Shown here in pieces: positions 8,671 through 18,672 of a stretch of 46,259 bases of DNA; positions within the stretch are counted from its first letter, which is position 1; each line of letters opens with the position of its first letter. A program made the translations under genes and the position numbers. Origin of the DNA: an uncultured bacterium (lineage in GTDB: Bacteria > Latescibacterota > UBA2968); NCBI GenBank assembly GCA_964471275.1, contig CAYYGZ010000006.1, forward strand, positions 1 to 46,259. The letters are read 5' to 3'. Below the pieces are notes generated by a model, which had not been told where the DNA came from, ran no database searches, and was given only the letters and a program-made list of their open reading frames with translations.

Positions 8671-10614
8671 TTGGGTTCCTTCTACATTAGCACACCGATA
8701 TACTACGTGAACGATGAACCACATCTCGGTCACGCCTACACGACGGTCATGGCTGATGTGCTGTCTCGTTTTCACCGGATCATGGGTGACGATGTTTTCT
8801 TCCTGACCGGTACGGACGAGCACGGTCAGAAGGTTGAGCAGGCCGCACGCGGCCGAGGGCTCGAACCCCAGGCGCACGCCGATGAAATGGTTGTCCGGTT
8901 CAGGGAGCTCTGGGAGCGGCTGAACATCTCGAACGATGACTTCATCCGAACGACAGAGCCTCGTCACAAGCAGGTGGTTCAGCAGATTCTGCAGAAGATC
9001 TACGATGCAGGTGATATCTACGAGGATGAGTACGAAGGCTGGTATTCGGTTCACGACGAGCGATTCTGGACCGAGAAGGACCTGGTCGACGGGAAGGATC
9101 CGCAGAGCGGCCGAGAAGTGGTCAAGATCGTCGAGCGGAACTATTTTTTCCGTATGGGCAAGTATCAGGAATGGTTGATCGATCATATTAAGACGCATCC
9201 GGACTTCATCCGACCGGGTACGCGTCGTAACGAGATCCTTGGTTTTCTCAGGCAGCCTCTCGGGGATCTGTGTATATCACGGCCCAAATCCCGATTGACC
9301 TGGGGCATCGAGCTCCCCTTCGACTCGGACTACGTCACCTATGTGTGGTTCGATGCGCTGATCAACTACATTTCTGCGCCCGGCTACCTGACCGATACGG
9401 ATCGCTTCAACAGCTGGTGGCCCGCTTCCTGTCACCTGATCGGGAAGGATATCCTGACGACCCACTGTGTGTACTGGCCCACGATGCTCAAAGCGATGGG
9501 AGTCACGATGCCCGAGAGCGTGATGGGACACGGGTGGTGGATGGTCGACGAGCAGAAGATGAGCAAGTCTCTCGGAAACGTGATCAAGCCGCTTGCCCTC
9601 GCAGAGAAGTATGGGGTTGACCCGTTTAGATACTTCCTTGCTCGAGATATGGTGCTGGGACAGGACAGCAGTTTTTCGGAAACAGGCTTTGTCACCCGCT
9701 ACAACTCAGAATTGGCTAATGACCTGGGGAATCTGTTGAATCGAACGGTTGTGATGGCTGACCGCTATCTGGATGGGCGTGTGCCCGATGTGGATGCGAA
9801 CGCCTCGACGATCGATGTTCTCAGAACGTCGGCGGCAGAGACCCGGGAGGCCGTTCAAGCGCTTCTACCCCGGCTGGACACCTCACGAATCCTGGAGATC
9901 GTCTGGCGCCTGATCCGTGAAGCAAACCGGTTTGTCGAGACGCAGGCTCCCTGGGCGCTGGCGAAGGATGAAACCAAACGGCGGGAGTTGGAGCAAACGA
10001 TCTATGGGCTTCTGGAGACGATGCGCCACGTGGCTGTATGGGTGTATCCCGTAATGCCGGAGCGAGCGCAGGCAATGTGGGTTCAGCTGGGACTCGCAGG
10101 CAACGTTTCCGGCAGCCTGATTTCAGATCTCGCGTGGGGGGGACTGTCAGCAGGGGGACACGTTAGGCCCGGAGATCCTGTGTTTCCTCGGATCGATGAC
10201 TATAGGCTGGATGACCAGAGTACGGAATCCCAATCGAAGGAGCAAAAGGTGGCGGAAGAACCGGCAAAGGAACAGAAGGAAGAAGCAGACAATCTGATCA
10301 CTTTCGATGACTTCAAGAAGCTCGATCTGAGGGTTGCCACGATTCTGGAGGCAGAGAAGGTCGAGGGAGCGGACCGTCTGTTGAGACTGCAAATCACGAT
10401 CGGTGATGAACAGCGACAGATTGTGGCCGGCGTTGCGGAGTTCTACAGCCCAGAGGATCTGGTTGGCCGTCAGATCGTGGTCGTCGCGAACCTGCAACCC
10501 GCGACGATCAGGGGTGTGAAATCGCAAGGTATGCTGCTCGCTGCCGCCGCTGGCGAGGGACTTGCACTTCTGCGTCCGGATCCGTCGGTGCCCCCCGGAT
10601 CCAGCGTCAGCTGA
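8671..10614 (+). CDS. metG: Methionine--tRNA ligase with C-terminal Trbp111/EMAP-type tRNA-binding domain
   Basis: FYISTPIYYVNDEPHLGH (HIGH-type motif), KMSKS, and a C-terminal DLRVATILEAEKVEGADRLLRLQI OB-fold domain. TTG start. Confidence 0.95.
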   Translation: MGSFYISTPIYYVNDEPHLGHAYTTVMADVLSRFHRIMGDDVFFLTGTDEHGQKVEQAARGRGLEPQAHADEMVVRFRELWERLNISNDDFIRTTEPRHKQVVQQILQKIYDAGDIYEDEYEGWYSVHDERFWTEKDLVDGKDPQSGREVVKIVERNYFFRMGKYQEWLIDHIKTHPDFIRPGTRRNEILGFLRQPLGDLCISRPKSRLTWGIELPFDSDYVTYVWFDALINYISAPGYLTDTDRFNSWWPASCHLIGKDILTTHCVYWPTMLKAMGVTMPESVMGHGWWMVDEQKMSKSLGNVIKPLALAEKYGVDPFRYFLARDMVLGQDSSFSETGFVTRYNSELANDLGNLLNRTVVMADRYLDGRVPDVDANASTIDVLRTSAAETREAVQALLPRLDTSRILEIVWRLIREANRFVETQAPWALAKDETKRRELEQTIYGLLETMRHVAVWVYPVMPERAQAMWVQLGLAGNVSGSLISDLAWGGLSAGGHVRPGDPVFPRIDDYRLDDQSTESQSKEQKVAEEPAKEQKEEADNLITFDDFKKLDLRVATILEAEKVEGADRLLRLQITIGDEQRQIVAGVAEFYSPEDLVGRQIVVVANLQPATIRGVKSQGMLLAAAAGEGLALLRPDPSVPPGSSVS

Positions 10615-10625
10615 TCAGCTGAAGT

Positions 10626-11393
10626 ATGCTGATCGACACGCACGCACATCTGAGCTTTCCGGAACTTGCTGCGGAAAGGGACGCGGTGGTGGGAAGGGCC
10701 CTGGAGGCAGGCGTAACGCGGATCCTGGATGTTGGAACGAACGTGGCGACGAGCGAATTGGCTCTGCGATCGGCGGCTGATCACGATGCGGTATACGCCA
10801 GCGTTGGCTTCCATCCCCACGATGCCGAGGGCGCGGACAAAGCCGGAGTGAGCTACGTGCGATCCTGTCTGAGTGAGAATCGGGTTGTCGCGGTCGGTGA
10901 GACGGGACTGGACTTCTTTCGGGATTACGCTCCTCGCGATCTGCAGGAGCAGATCTTCAGGACTCACATCGAAATGGCGATCGATGCCGGGTTGCCTCTG
11001 ATCATCCACAGTCGGGGTGCCGAGGACCGCGTGATCGAGATTCTGCGCGCAAGCGACGCCGCCCGGGTCGGTGGCGTTCTGCACTGTTTCGGCGGATCAA
11101 TCGACCAGGCAGACAGGGCTGTAGAGGCCGGGTTCTATCTCGGGTTGGGCGGTACGGTGACGTTCAAGAATTCGGACAGCCTCGGCGTTGCACGCTCCGT
11201 CCCCCACGACAGACGACTGCTCGAGACGGATTGCCCCTACCTTGCGCCGGTGCCGTTTCGGGGAAAGCGGAATGAGCCTGCTTACGTGCGATACATCGCC
11301 GAGTTCCTGGCCGAGCAGGAGGGATCCTCGCTGACCGACATCGCCGAGCAGACCGGTGCAAACGCTGTACGACTTTTCAAGCTCGAGGCATAG
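10626..11393 (+). CDS. tatD: TatD family metal-dependent hydrolase/DNase
   Basis: MLIDTHAHL, GETGLDF, IHSR and the CPYLAP-containing C-terminus. Confidence 0.9.
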   Translation: MLIDTHAHLSFPELAAERDAVVGRALEAGVTRILDVGTNVATSELALRSAADHDAVYASVGFHPHDAEGADKAGVSYVRSCLSENRVVAVGETGLDFFRDYAPRDLQEQIFRTHIEMAIDAGLPLIIHSRGAEDRVIEILRASDAARVGGVLHCFGGSIDQADRAVEAGFYLGLGGTVTFKNSDSLGVARSVPHDRRLLETDCPYLAPVPFRGKRNEPAYVRYIAEFLAEQEGSSLTDIAEQTGANAVRLFKLEA

Positions 11394-12191
11394 GTGTCCA
11401 GACGCCGACTGGGTCAGCATTTTCTCACGGATATCGCGATTATTCGTCGAATCGTAGTAGCCGCCGAGCTCGGACCCGACGATCACGTGTTCGAGATCGG
11501 CCCGGGTAAGGGCGCGATTTCCTATCCGCTGATGGCGGAAGGTGTCCCTGTCACGAGTCTCGAACTGGATGAAGGTCTGGTAGCAAACCTCGAATCGGGC
11601 ACCCCGGCCGGTCTGTCCGTGGTCCGTGGAGATGCGCTGACTGCAGACTTTTCGGAGTTGGTCACGACACCCGACAGAAACAGGAGTGTGCTGGTCGCAA
11701 ACCTTCCTTACCGTATCACGGGAGCTTTGCTCGAACGGATTCTGGATGCGGCCTGCTGGGACCGGGCGGTTCTGATGGTGCAGCGTGAAGTCGGGAGACG
11801 CCTGTCCGCCGATGTGGGGACGAAGGATTACGGGATCCTGACGATCGCGGCGAACCTCCGAAGCAGCGTGGAATACCTGTTCAGCGTGCCTGCCGGATGC
11901 TTTGATCCGCCACCCAAGGTTGTCTCCTCGGTTGTGCGTCTGCGTTTTTGTAAAGAAGACTCGGGCATACTCGACGAGAAGCAGTTCTTCCGTGTTGTTC
12001 GGGCAGCCTTTCAGCAGAGACGGAAGATGCTGCGCAATTCGTTAGCCGGTGTGCTGACCGGATGTGTTGAGGAAGTGATCGAATGTGCCGGTCTGAACCC
12101 GACAGATCGTCCCGAGACCGTGTCTGTAGATGGGTTCGATCGAATCTGTCGGGCTTACTCTGATTGGGCGAGTCGAAACCATGGGGAATGA
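11394..12191 (+). CDS. rsmA: 16S rRNA (adenine1518/1519-N6)-dimethyltransferase
   Basis: RRRLGQHFL, SAM motif EIGPGKGA and NLPY. GTG start lies directly after the tatD stop. Confidence 0.9.
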   Translation: MSRRRLGQHFLTDIAIIRRIVVAAELGPDDHVFEIGPGKGAISYPLMAEGVPVTSLELDEGLVANLESGTPAGLSVVRGDALTADFSELVTTPDRNRSVLVANLPYRITGALLERILDAACWDRAVLMVQREVGRRLSADVGTKDYGILTIAANLRSSVEYLFSVPAGCFDPPPKVVSSVVRLRFCKEDSGILDEKQFFRVVRAAFQQRRKMLRNSLAGVLTGCVEEVIECAGLNPTDRPETVSVDGFDRICRAYSDWASRNHGE

Positions 12192-13908
12192 AGAACCCGT
12201 CTTTGAGCGCCGAGTCGAGCCGAAGTGGATTCTGGCGAATCGTCCACGGCCTGAGATGTTGGACACCATTTGTTCGGAGCTTCAGATCCCGAACGTGATG
12301 GCCAAGATCCTTGTGAACAGGGGAATCGACTGTGTCGAGACGGCTCGCGAGTTCCTGTATCCCTCTCTCGATCATCTGATTGATCCGTTCGAGATGCTGG
12401 ACATGGATCGCGCTGTGACACGGATCTGGGAAGCCGTCGAGGCCGGTGAGAAGATCATGATCCACGGCGATTACGACGTGGACGGGGTGACGGGGACCTC
12501 AGTATTGGTGCGTTCGATCAGACACCTCGGTGCCGAGGTGACCTTCTACATCCCGAACAGGCTGGATGAGGGATATGGGATCTCCAAGGAAGCGATCGAT
12601 GCGTGCTGTGAACGGGGGGTTACGCTTCTGGTCTCTGTCGATTGCGGCATCACGGCTGTCGTGGAGACGGAGTATGGGAGGTTGCGTGGGGTGGATGTCA
12701 TCATCACCGATCATCATCAGCCAGGGGAGTTGCCCCAAGCGGCCGCCGTTGTGAACCCGAAGAGACCGGACTGCACCTATCCTTTCAAGGAGTTGCCCGG
12801 TGTCGCACTCGCATTCAAGTTGGCTGACGCTCTGTATCGCCATCGAAATCTGGATCTGGGGCCGGTTTACGAGAATCTGGACCTGGTTGCCCTCGGGTGT
12901 GCAGCCGATATCGTGCCCCTGGTCGATGAGAACCGTATTCTTGTCGCTCACGGTCTGCGTGAAATCAAAAAGACCCGCAACCCGGGCTTAAGGGCATTGC
13001 TGCGTAAGCTGAATCTGGATGGAAGAACGCTTGGGACGGGACAACTGATCTTTGTGCTCGCGCCACGGATCAACGCGCTGGGACGGATGGGGAGCGCGCT
13101 GGACGCCGTGACGATGCTGACGACGGATGACGCCGATCGAGCCATGGAGATCGCGGGTCTTCTGGAGGATCAGAACCAGCGTAGACGGCAAGTAGACGAG
13201 CGGATGTATCGCGAGGCGATAGATCTGGTTGATCAGGAAGTCGATCTCGAGAATGACAGGGCCATCGTTCTCGCCTCTGACGACTGGCATCCTGGCGTGA
13301 TCGGTATCGTCGCTTCAAGGATCGCCGAGCGCGTGCATTTGCCGACCGTGCTGATCTCGATGGATGGCAGCAGCGGAAAGGGATCGGCCAGGAGTATCCC
13401 GGGGTTCGACCTGTTCGGGGCACTCGCCAAGTGCCGGTGTCACCTGACAAGCTTCGGTGGTCACAAGTATGCGGCCGGTCTATCCGTCGAGAAGACGCAG
13501 TTGCCTGAGTTCCGGGGTGCGCTGCTCGAAGCAGTCGGTGAGATGCTCGACCAGGAGGATCTGATACCCAAGCTTGAGATCGACGATGAGATCACACTCA
13601 ACCAGATCGACACGAAACTGATCAATATTCTCAAGCGTTTCGGCCCGTTTGGCCCGCAGAACACCCGTCCGATTATGATGTCACGGGAGGTGGAAGTCGT
13701 GGGTAACCCGGCTGTCGTGGGACGGAATCACATCCGGTTCAAGGCACGTCAGAAGGGCAGCGTATTCGACTGCATCGGCTACAACCTCGGTCATTTGATC
13801 TACCGGCTGACACCCGGTGAATCGAACCTGGACATGGCCTATGTGATCGAGGAAAACGAATGGCGTGGTCGGACAGATATACAACTCAGGTTGCGTGATC
13901 TGAGATAG
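12181..13908 (+). CDS. recJ: Single-stranded-DNA-specific exonuclease RecJ
   Basis: DHH motifs HGDYDVDGVTG, VDCG, ITDHH and the DHHA1 motif GGH. ATG 12181 overlaps the rsmA end by 11 nt. Confidence 0.9.
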   Translation: MGNEEPVFERRVEPKWILANRPRPEMLDTICSELQIPNVMAKILVNRGIDCVETAREFLYPSLDHLIDPFEMLDMDRAVTRIWEAVEAGEKIMIHGDYDVDGVTGTSVLVRSIRHLGAEVTFYIPNRLDEGYGISKEAIDACCERGVTLLVSVDCGITAVVETEYGRLRGVDVIITDHHQPGELPQAAAVVNPKRPDCTYPFKELPGVALAFKLADALYRHRNLDLGPVYENLDLVALGCAADIVPLVDENRILVAHGLREIKKTRNPGLRALLRKLNLDGRTLGTGQLIFVLAPRINALGRMGSALDAVTMLTTDDADRAMEIAGLLEDQNQRRRQVDERMYREAIDLVDQEVDLENDRAIVLASDDWHPGVIGIVASRIAERVHLPTVLISMDGSSGKGSARSIPGFDLFGALAKCRCHLTSFGGHKYAAGLSVEKTQLPEFRGALLEAVGEMLDQEDLIPKLEIDDEITLNQIDTKLINILKRFGPFGPQNTRPIMMSREVEVVGNPAVVGRNHIRFKARQKGSVFDCIGYNLGHLIYRLTPGESNLDMAYVIEENEWRGRTDIQLRLRDLR

Positions 13909-13997
13909 CGCATCGGGACTGAAACTGGGTCAACGCATGCCCTGTCCTACCTCTTGTAGGACGACTCGCAGCAAACACTCTGAATAAGGACAGTTTA

Positions 13998-14921
13998 ATG
14001 CCCCCAATGCCGAAAGCAGACAAGATCTGGTTCAACGGAGAATTCGTGAACTGGGATGATGCCCAGATCCACGTGCTGTCGCACGTCGTCCACTACGGGA
14101 CAAGCGTCTTCGAAGGCATGCGGTGCTACAACACGCAGAGGGGGCCGGCGTGTTTCCGTCTTGAGAACCACGTTCTCCGAATCTTCGACTCTGCGAAGAT
14201 CTATCGGATGCCGATCCCGTTCAATAAGGAAGAGATCACCTCGGCCATCCTCGAGACCATCCGGGTGAATAAGCTCGAGTCGTGCTATGTCAGACCGATA
14301 GCCTTCCGTGGATACGGCAGCCTTGGTGTCGACCCAACGACCTGTCCTGTGGATTTCGTTGTCGCAGTCTGGGAGTGGGGCGCATACCTGGGTGCGGAAG
14401 CGCTGGAGAAGGGGGCGTCGGTACGGACGGCCTCCTGGAGCAGAATGGCTCCAAATACGATGCCCTCGCTGGCGAAGGTCGGCGCGAACTACATGAACTC
14501 ACAGCTCATCAAGCTCGAGGCCATGGCAGACGGGTATTCAGAGGGGATTGCATTGGATTCGCAGGGCTACGTGAGCGAAGCCAGTGGCGAGAACATCTTT
14601 ATCGTTAAGAATGGATCGATCTACACGCCGTCTTCCGGATCTTCGATATTGCCCGGCATCACTCGTCACTCCGTGATTACTTTGGCTCGGGACCTGGGAT
14701 ACACGGTAACGCAGCGGCCCATTCCGAGAGAATCTCTGTATATCGCCGACGAGGTGTTCTTCACGGGCAGCGCGGCTGAGGTGACTCCCATAGCCGAGAT
14801 CGATCACATCCCAGTGGGTGAGGGCACCCGCGGGCCGATCACCAAAGAGCTTCAGGATGCCTACTTCGGGATCACCTCGGGGGAACGAGAAGACAAGCAC
14901 GGCTGGTTGGCTTATGTTTAG
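13998..14921 (+). CDS. ilvE: Branched-chain amino acid aminotransferase (fold type IV)
   Basis: [21 protein letters not shown] and the lysine region [15 protein letters not shown] lies 9 nt upstream of the ATG. Confidence 0.9.
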   Translation: MPPMPKADKIWFNGEFVNWDDAQIHVLSHVVHYGTSVFEGMRCYNTQRGPACFRLENHVLRIFDSAKIYRMPIPFNKEEITSAILETIRVNKLESCYVRPIAFRGYGSLGVDPTTCPVDFVVAVWEWGAYLGAEALEKGASVRTASWSRMAPNTMPSLAKVGANYMNSQLIKLEAMADGYSEGIALDSQGYVSEASGENIFIVKNGSIYTPSSGSSILPGITRHSVITLARDLGYTVTQRPIPRESLYIADEVFFTGSAAEVTPIAEIDHIPVGEGTRGPITKELQDAYFGITSGEREDKHGWLAYV

Positions 14922-14987
14922 GAATTGGGGATGGGTTGTGGGGGGTGGGTTTTGGACGACAGCGGTGGACGCGGGCAGGTAGAGCGG

Positions 14988-15797
14988 ATGGCAGGACTCA
15001 AAGACCAGAAGATTGCGGTGATCGGGGCCGGGAACATGGGGGGGGCACTGATCCGGGGGCTTGTTGAGACCGTGGACCCGGTGCAGGTAACGGCAGTCGA
15101 TATCGACTCCGGGTTGCTCGCACGGCTGCGGAACGAGGTTGGCGTGGAGATCTCTGAGGATGCGACGGGATCTGTGCGGGCATCAAGTATCGTGGTGATT
15201 GCGATCAAGCCCCAGCACCTGGGAGACGTGGCGGCGCTGAAAGAGGCGATTACGGTGGACCATCTCGTGGTGTCGATCGCCGCGGGCGTTTCCACGCAAG
15301 CGTTGGAGTCGGTGTTCGGTGACGTGCCGGTCGTAAGGTCGATGCCGAATATCCTCGCGCAAATCGGGGCATCCGTGACTGGTCTGTGTGCGGGGCAGTT
15401 CGCGGATGAGGGGCACCTTGAGACGGCATCAGCGATCCTGGGGGCTGTGGGTGAGACGGTTGTCATTGGGGAAAAGCAGATGGACGCGGTGACGGGTCTG
15501 TCGGGCTCCGGCCCGGCATATGTTTTTGCGCTGATCGATGCACTTGCCGACGGCGGCGTCAAGTGTGGGTTGACAAGGGCGACTGCCACGAAACTGGCAA
15601 CACAGACCGTTATGGGTGCAGCGAAAATGGTGGCGGAGACGGGGGAGCATCCGATGAGCCTGAAGGACAAGGTGACATCTCCGGGCGGGACGACGATCGC
15701 GGGTCTGAAGGCACTCGAAGATGGCGGTTTCCGGGTGGCGCTGATGAACGCCGTTGAGGCGGCGACACAGCGTTCTGAAGAGCTAGGAGACGGATGA
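14988..15797 (+). CDS. proC: Pyrroline-5-carboxylate reductase
   Basis: KIAVIGAGNMGGAL Rossmann motif and C-terminal VTSPGGTTIAGL. ATG 14988 is chosen; the ORF-track start at 14925 would translate a G-rich spacer. Confidence 0.9.
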   Translation: MAGLKDQKIAVIGAGNMGGALIRGLVETVDPVQVTAVDIDSGLLARLRNEVGVEISEDATGSVRASSIVVIAIKPQHLGDVAALKEAITVDHLVVSIAAGVSTQALESVFGDVPVVRSMPNILAQIGASVTGLCAGQFADEGHLETASAILGAVGETVVIGEKQMDAVTGLSGSGPAYVFALIDALADGGVKCGLTRATATKLATQTVMGAAKMVAETGEHPMSLKDKVTSPGGTTIAGLKALEDGGFRVALMNAVEAATQRSEELGDG

Positions 15798-16402
15798 TCG
15801 CGATCGTGGATTACGGCATGGGCAATCTGCGCAGCGTGCAGAAAGGCTTCGAACGCGTTGGTGCCAGCGCCGAGATTGTGTCCACACCCGACGACGTGGG
15901 CGGTGCCGCGGGGATCGTGCTGCCCGGTGTGGGCGCCTTCGGGGACGCGATGGGGAACCTGAAGCTATCCGGGCTGATCGATCCGATCGTGAAATCGGTG
16001 TCCGACGGCGTCCCCTTTCTCGGGATTTGCCTGGGTTTGCAACTGTTGTTCTCGCAGAGTGAGGAGCTTGGAGCCCATCGAGGACTCGATATCCTGCCGG
16101 GTCGCGTGTCGCGATTCCCTGCCGGTCAACGCGTGCCACAGATCGGGTGGAACCAGATTCGCGTGCGTAACGAGGGTCCGCTCCTCCAGGGCGTTCCCGA
16201 CGGTGCATTCTTCTATTTTGTACATTCCTTCTACGTAGAAGCGGAACGAGAAGAGGATGTGATCGCAACGACCGACTATGGCATCGAGTACTGCTCGATA
16301 GCCGGTAAGAGCCACTGCTTCGGTGTTCAGTTTCACCCGGAGAAGAGCCAGGATGCGGGTCTTCGGGTGCTGAAGAATTTCGCCGGTCTCGTGGGGGCCT
16401 GA
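15794..16402 (+). CDS. hisH: Imidazole glycerol phosphate synthase, glutamine amidotransferase subunit HisH
   Basis: MIAIVDYGMGNLRSV, catalytic GICLGLQLL and QFHPEKS. The gene overlaps proC by 4 nt. Confidence 0.9.
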   Translation: MIAIVDYGMGNLRSVQKGFERVGASAEIVSTPDDVGGAAGIVLPGVGAFGDAMGNLKLSGLIDPIVKSVSDGVPFLGICLGLQLLFSQSEELGAHRGLDILPGRVSRFPAGQRVPQIGWNQIRVRNEGPLLQGVPDGAFFYFVHSFYVEAEREEDVIATTDYGIEYCSIAGKSHCFGVQFHPEKSQDAGLRVLKNFAGLVGA

Positions 16403-17188
16403 ATGCTTGCCAAACGCATAATACCGTGTCTGGATGTGAAGAATGGGAGGAATGTCCGCGGGATGAAATTCTCCGCCGACACGGACGCGGGGGATCCGAT
16501 CGAGTTGGCGCGTCGCTATGATGAAGAAGGTGCGGACGAGCTGGTCTTCTACGACATCACCGCGTCGGCGGAGAAGCGCGATATCGTCGGCGACCTGGTC
16601 CGACGCGTGTCTGAACAGGTATTTATCCCATTCACGGTAGGGGGAGGCGTTCGATCATACGAGGATATACGCACCATCATTGAGGGGGGTGCGGAGAAGG
16701 CCTCGATCAACTCCGCGGCGATTCGAAACCCCGAGGTCGTGACCCAGGGCGCTGAGAGTTTCGGAAGCCAGGCGATCGTCGGTTCCCTGGATGCCATTTG
16801 CAGGAACGAGCCTGACCGGATCTGGTGGGAGGTCGTCATCGACGGGGGACGGGAGTCGACAGGTCGTGACGCCGTCGCCTGGTCTGAGGAGCTTGTGGAT
16901 CTGGGAGCCGGGGAACTGGTGCTGAACAGCATCGATGCCGACGGGACGAAGGATGGGTATGATGTCGAACTGACCCGCACGGTGGCCGATCGGGTGGATG
17001 TACCGATCGTTGCCTCGGGCGGCTGTGGCGGCCCCGAGCACATGCTGGATGTCCTGAGCGAGGGTCACGCGAGCGCAGCTCTCGCGGCATCTATTTTTCA
17101 TTTCGAGCAGCACAGTATCCCGGAAGTGAAAGAATACCTGACGAATCGGGGTGTCCTGATGCGTCCGAAGCTGGATCTGGGAGTCTAG
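16403..17188 (+). CDS. hisF: Imidazole glycerol phosphate synthase, cyclase subunit HisF
   Basis: KRIIPCLDV, FTVGGGV, KASINSAA and ASGG. The ATG directly abuts the hisH stop. Confidence 0.95.
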   Translation: MLAKRIIPCLDVKNGRNVRGMKFSADTDAGDPIELARRYDEEGADELVFYDITASAEKRDIVGDLVRRVSEQVFIPFTVGGGVRSYEDIRTIIEGGAEKASINSAAIRNPEVVTQGAESFGSQAIVGSLDAICRNEPDRIWWEVVIDGGRESTGRDAVAWSEELVDLGAGELVLNSIDADGTKDGYDVELTRTVADRVDVPIVASGGCGGPEHMLDVLSEGHASAALAASIFHFEQHSIPEVKEYLTNRGVLMRPKLDLGV

Positions 17189-17191
17189 GGA

Positions 17192-18334
17192 TTGATGGTG
17201 ACTCTTGAACGGACAATCGATCGGCACGAGGTTCTGAAGGACGTGCGACGCGTTGTGCTCAAGCTGGGCACACGAGTTGTTACGGTTCAGGACAACGAGC
17301 TGGACCGGGCGTTTATCGACCGTATCGCACGTGAAGTATCGGGTCTGATGCAGGAGGGATACCAGATCGCGATCGTTTCATCGGGTGCTGTCGGTGCCGG
17401 CATGGGACGGCTGGCCCTGAAGGATCGCCCACTTCGCATCCCCGAGCTCCAGGCGACGGCTGCTGTTGGTCAGGGGCTCCTGATGAACGCGTACAAGCTC
17501 GCGTTTCGCGAGCACGACGTGCCAATCGGTCAGGTCCTCCTGACAGACGACGGGTTGGAGGATCGATGGCGCTACGTCAACGCAATGAACACGCTTGATG
17601 CGCTGTTCAAGTTCGGTGCCGTCCCCATCGTGAACGAGAACGACAGCGTCGCCGTCGAGGAGAACAAGGTTGGAGACAACGATCGACTTTCCGCCCTGGT
17701 CACCCATCTTGTAGAGGCACAACTGCTTGTGACCTACACGACTGTGGATGGTCTCTTTACGGAGGACCCGACCCGATCGCCGGATGCCGAGCATATAGCG
17801 GTGGTTGAGACGGTGACACCCGAGATGGTGGAGGCAGCAGGGACTGCAGGGAGTGCTGTCAGCCTGGGAGGTATGCGGACAAAGCTCCAGGCGGCTACGA
17901 GTGTGACACGAAGCGGCGGCGCTGTGGTGATCGCGGATGGCCGTGGGGCGTCTCTGAACGGTATCCTGACCGGGGATGATGTCGGCACGTTGTTTCTCCC
18001 GAACTCGTCGCAGATCCAGGGGCGGAAGCGGTGGTTGGCGAATACCCGCAAGAAGGGCAGTGTCATCGTCGATTCTGGCGCTTCCCGGGCGCTGACGGAT
18101 GGTGGAAAGAGTCTTCTGGCCAGTGGTATCATACGTGTCGAGGGTGAATTCGACGAAGGCGAGCTCATCGCGATCGCCGATGAGAGCGGCGAAGAGATAG
18201 CCCGTGGCCTGGTCCGATACGGTGCGGACGACGTGCGCCTGATTCAGGGAAAGCGGTCGGACGAAATAAAGGTCATTCTGGATAGCAAGACAGCGGAAGC
18301 GGTGATACATCGAGATGATATGGTGGTTCTCTGA
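17192..18334 (+). CDS. proB: Glutamate 5-kinase with C-terminal PUA domain
   Basis: VLKLGT, IVSSGAVGAG, NENDSV and a PUA-type C-terminus (GELIAI...GLVRY). Start is TTG 17192 or ATG 17195. Confidence 0.9.
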   Translation: MMVTLERTIDRHEVLKDVRRVVLKLGTRVVTVQDNELDRAFIDRIAREVSGLMQEGYQIAIVSSGAVGAGMGRLALKDRPLRIPELQATAAVGQGLLMNAYKLAFREHDVPIGQVLLTDDGLEDRWRYVNAMNTLDALFKFGAVPIVNENDSVAVEENKVGDNDRLSALVTHLVEAQLLVTYTTVDGLFTEDPTRSPDAEHIAVVETVTPEMVEAAGTAGSAVSLGGMRTKLQAATSVTRSGGAVVIADGRGASLNGILTGDDVGTLFLPNSSQIQGRKRWLANTRKKGSVIVDSGASRALTDGGKSLLASGIIRVEGEFDEGELIAIADESGEEIARGLVRYGADDVRLIQGKRSDEIKVILDSKTAEAVIHRDDMVVL

Positions 18335-18672
18335 TGCCTGTCCTTGAGCGAAAGACTTCGCATATCGAGACCGTATCATCCAGACGTCTGCGCGCTCTTC
18401 TGGTGATCCTGCCGTTCGCCATGTCCGGATATCTTCTGGGTTCGGGCGATAGCGGCGTGTCGAAGCTCTGGGATCAGGCGGACCGTATCCGGGTGCTTCA
18501 ACGGGATATTGCGAGGCTGGCGAAGGAGAACTCGGTGCTGGCCGAAGAGGCTCGGCTTCTGCGAGATGATCCCAAAACGATCGAACGTATCGCCCGTGAG
18601 CGATACGGTATGGTGAAAGACAACGAATCGGTCTACATGGTCTATCCCAGCCTACCAGGGAAGCAACCGTGA
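18334..18672 (+). CDS. ftsB: Septum formation initiator family protein (FtsB/DivIC)
   Basis: One N-terminal hydrophobic helix, a coiled coil (LQRDIARLAKENSVLAEEARLL) and the IERIARERYGMVKDNE motif. There is a 1-nt overlap with proB. Confidence 0.75.
   Translation: MPVLERKTSHIETVSSRRLRALLVILPFAMSGYLLGSGDSGVSKLWDQADRIRVLQRDIARLAKENSVLAEEARLLRDDPKTIERIARERYGMVKDNESVYMVYPSLPGKQP

Noticed and set aside
13944-13962. The GTCCTAC-CTCTT-GTAGGAC hairpin after recJ, considered as a terminator.
   Set aside because: It is a perfect 7-bp stem but has no following U-tract and low GC content. It may be a weak or Rho-assisted stop or an mRNA-stabilising structure, which is not enough to call a terminator.
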